The notes under the pieces are model-generated. The model made no database searches. It was given only the letters and a program-made list of their open reading frames with translations, and was not told the DNA's origin. 64,000 nucleotides of DNA from a virus (taxonomy: Duplodnaviria; Caudoviricetes), in IMG/VR virus record IMGVR_UViG_3300028048_000130, positions 7,727 to 71,726 of that record. One strand, written 5' to 3'. Below, piece after piece: positions 59,733 through 64,000 of this stretch (position 1 is the stretch's first letter; each line of letters opens with the position of its first letter). A program made the position numbers and the translations under genes.

Positions 59733-61597
59733 AATTCAAATCCTCCAAAATCAATTTGCTGCACAAATTCTTTACGAGGTTCTACTTCTTCTCCCATAAG
59801 AGACAATAAAGCATTGATCCCCTCTTCAGAAGGCATTAGTTGTTCGAGATGCTGGTATTTTGAGTTAAATAATGATTCTTGCAAATCTTTAGGACTCATC
59901 TGACCAAGACCTTTATAGAATACAATATTTCCTTCTTTTTGAGAACGATTATTTACCTCATCTTCTGAATAATAATACCATGTTTTCCCTTTATAGTCAA
60001 GCTTACAAATAGGTGCTTTTAGCCAATAAAGTCTACCTTCTTGGATAAATTCTGGGCATAGCTTTTGCAAGATTGACATTACGAGCAAGCCTACGTGCGC
60101 GCCGTCAAAATCGGCGTCGCTGCTTATAGCAATTTTGCCATAGCGAAGCTTTTTATTATTGTATCGCTGGCCATATATCAATCCAAGTGCTTGCAGAAGC
60201 AGTTTTACCTCTTCGTTCTCTAACACTTTTTCAATAGGATTCGCGAGCGCATTAATGGCCTTTCCGCGTAGCATCAAAATGCCGATGTGATCGCCATTTT
60301 CTGCTTTCTGACGCCCGGTGCTTATTGAGCCTCCCGCCGAGTCTCCCTCCACGACCACAAGCGTAGACTCTGGTCCAAGGACTCGCGCTTCCCTTAGTTT
60401 ATCGCTAGTAATGAACTTCTTTTTGGCCGCAACTGTCATTTCTTTTTCGTGATTTAATACAGCATTATATTCACGCTCTGCGGCCAAATTTGCTTTATTG
60501 ATTTTTGTTAATAGAGATAATACTTTCTCAAATTCATCTCTATGAGTAGTTGAGAACTGCTTTAAAGCTTCTGTAAATGCTTTATCTGCAAGCGGCTTAA
60601 GGCTTCCGTTATTTACGCGCATTTTTGTCTGATCGCTAAAACTTGCGTGCGGAACTTTCGCGTTTATAACATAACATAGATTGTTACGTACAAAGTCTCC
60701 AGTAAATTTTTCTCCAGCAAGATTATTCATAGTGCGAGTAATTGCAGTTTTCGCGCCAGTTAGACTAGTGCCGCCATTCAGATTATGTAGTCCATTTGTA
60801 AAGACAAAAGACATTTCGGTTTTGCTTCCCCACAAGAAAGCAATCTCCATTTTATTACCTTCATTGTCTTCAGTATAATATACAAATGGCTCTTTCTGAA
60901 TTGCCGATTTTAATTTTGCACGAATGAAGTCTGAAACACCATTTTTTGAGTAGTAGGTAACGGTTTTATTATTTACTACATCCGTTAGTACAAAAGTTAA
61001 TCCTTTATTCAGATAACTCCAATCCTCACACATTTGACATATGTCTTTAAATGACATATGAATTTCTTCAAGATGATATACATCTGTTGATGGACAAAAT
61101 TCAATATACGTACCTTGCGGCTCTTTTGAGGGTGTTACTTCATATTTCTTCTTTTCTCCGCGATGCAGAATAAGCTCTGCGCACTTACCATCACGGTAGC
61201 TCCTTGCGCAAAAATCTTCAGAAGAAAGCGCGACGCCTTTGATACCCGTTCCGTTCATCCCAATAACCGCGGCTCCGTATTGCTTATCATTGAATTTGCC
61301 GCCAGTATGCGGACTCATGAGTGTCGCGATCATTGCTTCTGAACCATCGGCCCGCTTTCCAAAAGGAATAGATCGCGCATAGTCACGACAAGAAAAAATA
61401 TTTTTTTGGGTATCAACAGTTATTTCTATTTTATTACCATATCCAATAGAGAATTCATCAATGGAGTTACTGATAACTTCACGAATACACTGGAGAACGC
61501 CCTGGTTGTCTGCGGATCCCATATACATTTCAATTCTTTTTCGGATTGCTGTTACGAAATCCAAAGTTTCAATTGAATTGGCATCATACTTATCCAT
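59729..61597 (-). CDS. gyrB: Type IIA topoisomerase subunit B (GyrB/ParE-like)
   Basis: ATG 61597 behind GGGAG; EVISNSIDE, HTGGKF, GMNGTG, VEGDSAGG, LRGK, DADFDG and YKGLGQM. Confidence 0.9.
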   Translation of the reverse strand: MDKYDANSIETLDFVTAIRKRIEMYMGSADNQGVLQCIREVISNSIDEFSIGYGNKIEITVDTQKNIFSCRDYARSIPFGKRADGSEAMIATLMSPHTGGKFNDKQYGAAVIGMNGTGIKGVALSSEDFCARSYRDGKCAELILHRGEKKKYEVTPSKEPQGTYIEFCPSTDVYHLEEIHMSFKDICQMCEDWSYLNKGLTFVLTDVVNNKTVTYYSKNGVSDFIRAKLKSAIQKEPFVYYTEDNEGNKMEIAFLWGSKTEMSFVFTNGLHNLNGGTSLTGAKTAITRTMNNLAGEKFTGDFVRNNLCYVINAKVPHASFSDQTKMRVNNGSLKPLADKAFTEALKQFSTTHRDEFEKVLSLLTKINKANLAAEREYNAVLNHEKEMTVAAKKKFITSDKLREARVLGPESTLVVVEGDSAGGSISTGRQKAENGDHIGILMLRGKAINALANPIEKVLENEEVKLLLQALGLIYGQRYNNKKLRYGKIAISSDADFDGAHVGLLVMSILQKLCPEFIQEGRLYWLKAPICKLDYKGKTWYYYSEDEVNNRSQKEGNIVFYKGLGQMSPKDLQESLFNSKYQHLEQLMPSEEGINALLSLMGEEVEPRKEFVQQIDFGGFEL

Positions 61598-61625
61598 TAT
61601 TTTCTCCCATCCTTTCTTTACTGCT

Positions 61626-61654
61626 ATTATACCATGATTTTGATTATTAATCAA
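61626..61654 (-). promoter_or_regulatory. Sigma-A-type promoter for topoisomerase genes
   Basis: TTGATT-17-TATAAT with TG extended -10. Confidence 0.82.
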
Positions 61655-61740
61655 GAAAATTTTTTTGCGCGACAGCGCATATTTTTATTTTTCCTTATAC
61701 ATATTTTTATTTTATATATTTATATATATTTATATTACTC

Positions 61741-61853
61741 TACCAATTTTTGACCTCTAAACTACCAAAAATTGGTAGTTTGACGGTTCAAACTACCAAA
61801 AATTGACCTCATCGTGGTCAAAAATTGACCACACTGTGGTCAAAAAATGGTGC
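61741..61853. repeat. Repeat array A: 5 pseudo-palindromes with CTACC/GGTAG and GGTC/GACC half-sites around A/T spacers
   Basis: Units at ~61741, 61763, 61793, 61816, 61838 (spacing ~22/30/23/22); e.g. ACTACCAAAATTGGTAGT, GTGGTCAAAAATTGACCAC. Confidence 0.85.
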
Positions 61854-61865
61854 AATGAATGGCTA

Positions 61866-62219
61866 CTAATTTTTATAGCTTTCTTTAGCATTACCCGCAG
61901 GATAGAAATACACGACACTTTCAGATATTTCAATCAAATAATCTGCCTTTATTAATTCATCTTTTATAGCACGTATAGTATTTTTACTACCAATATTTAA
62001 AACTTCACATAGGTGAGTAGGCGAAAAATCATATTGTCCTTTCCCGCTCCATCGTAATAAATAAAACCATAATTTAAAAGCATTTGCGCTTAGAGTCCCT
62101 AAAGCTTTATCATAGTATTCCCAATTTATTGGTTGCAGAAAAGCATTATTTGTTCCCTCTTTATGCGTAATTGCATCAAACTGCTTGATTTCAATTCGCT
62201 TTTGGTTCTTATAATTCAT
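61866..62219 (-). CDS. Winged-helix protein, replication-initiator-like (paralog 1)
   Basis: LSANAFKLWFYLLRW...DFSPTHLCEVLNIGSKNTIRAIKDELIKADYL; paralog of 63737..64000. Confidence 0.65.
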   Translation of the reverse strand: MNYKNQKRIEIKQFDAITHKEGTNNAFLQPINWEYYDKALGTLSANAFKLWFYLLRWSGKGQYDFSPTHLCEVLNIGSKNTIRAIKDELIKADYLIEISESVVYFYPAGNAKESYKN

Positions 62220-62251
62220 CTGAATCTTCTCCTGAATAACTGATATAAACG

Positions 62252-62434
62252 TTACCTCTTTGCCATTTTAGTGGCTACAGGGATAGCGTTCCGAAAATCA
62301 GGAGTATCCTCAAACCAATACACATCATATTGCGGCTTCTTAATATTAGGAGTTACCTTAACGATTTTAAATCCGAGTTCACGCAAGGCAGCCGCGACAC
62401 GAGGCATGTAGATGATGTAAAGTTTGTTTTCCAT
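62252..62434 (-). CDS. Small DUF5659-like protein
   Basis: YIIYMPRVAAALRELGFKIVKVTPNIKKPQYDVYWFEDT recalls the DUF5659 pattern; RBS AAGGAG. Confidence 0.6.
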   Translation of the reverse strand: MENKLYIIYMPRVAAALRELGFKIVKVTPNIKKPQYDVYWFEDTPDFRNAIPVATKMAKR

Positions 62435-62503
62435 ATTTTACTCCTTAATTATTTATGATTTAATAAAATTAAACTAAAAGCTTAATTGTAATTTTGATTA
62501 TTT

Positions 62504-62821
62504 TTATTCGTAGTCTTTATTAATTTCCCACATAAACTCTCTTAGTTTTCTCACAACACCACCACCGCATGGTCGTAATATACCTTGGTAAATTTCATCA
62601 TCAATATTATCTAAGCATTCCTTTGAGCAAAACAATGCATGAAATTTATAACCTCTTGCATACATTGCTGTAGGTAGTATTGTAATGCTCATAAGCGGAA
62701 ATTTAAAAACATGTACAATCTTTGAGTTAAGATGTGGTGGTACATGAATATAATTTTTAATATCATCCGTAACTTGTTGTGCCTGTTCTACACTATTACA
62801 AACAATTCCAATCTCTATCAT
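62504..62821 (-). CDS. Hypothetical protein
   Basis: 105 aa; ATG overlaps upstream stop; ARGYKFH segment. Confidence 0.5.
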   Translation of the reverse strand: MIEIGIVCNSVEQAQQVTDDIKNYIHVPPHLNSKIVHVFKFPLMSITILPTAMYARGYKFHALFCSKECLDNIDDEIYQGILRPCGGGVVRKLREFMWEINKDYE

Positions 62822-63150
62822 TATTTCTTCTCTCTTTTCGTTTTTTGGCCCTTAATTGGCTTCTCAATAACATAATGACCACGCATCTGCTCTACTGTAA
62901 GACCTTCTGGCGCGGGCATGTAGTGCGCGCGCGAAGTAGCATATGATGGCATTTCCAGACTAAAGCTAATGTCGAAGTTCTCTTTTCCTTCGTTTCGAAT
63001 TGCAGCATAGAATTCAGAGTCATAATCTTTTCGATCTTTATTATAAGCTCTCGTAAAATGATGTCGTGCAGACCGCTCCGGATGAGAAGATTTATTGACG
63101 AAGTATTCACGGGTGGATTTGTTAATGATGATGTAATAGATCATATCCAT
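62821..63150 (-). CDS. Degenerate GIY-YIG-like protein
   Basis: MIYYIIINKSTREYFVNKS..HF...SEFYAAIRNEGKENF; fold-like pattern but the YIG motif is altered. Confidence 0.45.
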   Translation of the reverse strand: MDMIYYIIINKSTREYFVNKSSHPERSARHHFTRAYNKDRKDYDSEFYAAIRNEGKENFDISFSLEMPSYATSRAHYMPAPEGLTVEQMRGHYVIEKPIKGQKTKREKK

Positions 63151-63188
63151 AATTGGTTTTGTCCTTTTCTTTCTTTTTCTTTTCTTCT

Positions 63189-63217
63189 ATTAAAGCATAA
63201 AGTGTCAGAAAAATCAA
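63189..63217 (-). promoter_or_regulatory. Probable sigma-A-type promoter for 63150..61866 genes
   Basis: TTGATT-17-TTTAAT with TG extended -10. Confidence 0.6.
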
Positions 63218-63341
63218 CTGCTTATTTTCTTGTTCTTATATGCTTCAATTATAATACCAAAATTTGGTTCGCTCCGCGAACCATATCTTTATCCATATCT
63301 TTACCCCTATCTATATTTATATTTATATATATCTATATTGC

Positions 63342-63502
63342 TGTACCAAAATTTGCGTTTTCATGTACCAAATTTTGCGTTTTTATGTACCAAAATTTGG
63401 TACATAATTCGGAAAGTGTACCAAAATTTGCGTTTTTATGTACCAAAAAATGCGGCATTCAGATCCATCAAAATTTGATGGCAGATTATGTACCAAATTT
63501 TG
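63342..63502. repeat. Repeat array B: TGTACCAAAATTTG-type units
   Basis: TACC at 63344, 63366, 63388, 63419, 63441, 63491 (22/22/31/22), full palindrome TGTACCAAAATTTGGTACA at 63386; CATCAAAATTTGATG at 63466; isolated copy at 63255. Confidence 0.88.
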
Positions 63503-63610
63503 AGGGGAGATTTCTTTAAAAATCTTTCCGTCGCGCAATTTGCGCGACCATAGTATTATTGATAGCACTATTTTAGCATTATTATAGTATTATTATATAT
63601 TAATATTACT

Positions 63611-63716
63611 CAGGTAATTTTTACCTAAGGGCATAGGTAATTTTTACCTATACCTTAGGTAATTTTTACCTATGCCTTAGGTAAAATTTGCTTAAGGGCT
63701 TAGGTAATTTTTACCG
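63611..63716. repeat. Repeat array C: 5 x AGGTAATTTTTACCT palindromes
   Basis: AGGT at 63612, 63635, 63657, 63679, 63702 (23/22/22/23). Confidence 0.9.
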
Positions 63717-63736
63717 CATTCAGGAGCAGATAAAAA

Positions 63737-64000
63737 TTATAATATTGAATCTGGTGTAAATATCCATATATTTGTTTTTCCATCTTCTAATTTTAAGCAA
63801 CCAGATTCTTCTAATTCTTTTCTTGCTAGTTGGAGTCCCTTTTGACTTATACCAATTTCTTCATTAATACGCTTCGGAGAAAAATCAAATATACCACTTC
63901 CCGCCCATGAATAAAGATATTCCCATAATTTATATCCGTTACCTGTCAATTTTTTCATTGCGGCTTTTTTATACTTCCATATCACTAAAGGCGCATAGCT
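63737..64000 (-). CDS. Winged-helix protein, replication-initiator-like (paralog 2; 5' end outside window)
   Basis: Frame open to window edge (SYAPLVIWKY...); LTGNGYKLWEYLYSW...DFSPKRINEEIGISQKGLQLARKELEESGCL. Confidence 0.65.
   Translation of the reverse strand, partial: SYAPLVIWKYKKAAMKKLTGNGYKLWEYLYSWAGSGIFDFSPKRINEEIGISQKGLQLARKELEESGCLKLEDGKTNIWIFTPDSIL

Noticed and set aside
63058-63568. ORFs 63058..63519, 63230..63478 and 63383..63568
   Set aside because: Products are translations of the DNA repeats (VPKFAF/YQNLRF), with no RBS and mutually overlapping.
61741-63716. Repeat arrays as CRISPR
   Set aside because: Units are ~22 bp apart with only 5-8 nt between them; no unique 30-40-nt spacers and no cas genes.
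1-64000. Stop-codon reassignment as the cause of fragmented genes
   Set aside because: Long ORFs are intact in code 11; TAG and TGA end normal genes; all breaks are explained by introns or one frameshift.

Overview
This window is a 64-kb slice of a large, AT-rich tailed phage (siphovirus-type) that probably infects an anaerobic Firmicute. It uses the standard genetic code and has two converging halves. The + strand (1-34961) is the virion module: 3' end of the terminase large subunit, portal, protease/scaffold, decoration protein, major capsid, neck genes, two paralogous tail-tube genes, a ~4,349-aa tape measure, Dit-like, Tal/fibre and a probable receptor-binding gene. The - strand (64000->35005) is the replication/nucleotide module: two paralogous wHTH genes with repeat arrays, type II topoisomerase subunits B and A, SSB-like, AAA ATPase, Zn-finger loader, helicase, primase, RecJ, DnaE, glutaredoxin, NrdD/NrdG, a membrane-anchored GIY-YIG protein, dUTPase and RuvC. 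Gene order recalls Bacillus phage SPbeta (yonE-D-C-B..yomU..yomI and yorF-G-H-I-J-K-L); this is recalled synteny, not a search result. Two things are not explained by the ORF track. (1) Five group I introns, whose boundaries I placed from P1/P3/P7/P10 pairings and restored reading frames, split the tail tube, the tape measure (twice), DnaE and the AAA ATPase Walker A motif; they carry HNH, GIY-YIG and LAGLIDADG endonucleases. (2) Three tandem origin-like cassettes at 61.7-63.7 kb each have a GC hairpin, an AT-rich tract and ~22-bp-periodic palindromic repeats with a different half-site; two sit directly downstream of paralogous wHTH genes. I recognised no tRNA, CRISPR array, integrase, DGR or lysis cassette. 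Product names come from motif reading and gene order only; no searches were run.
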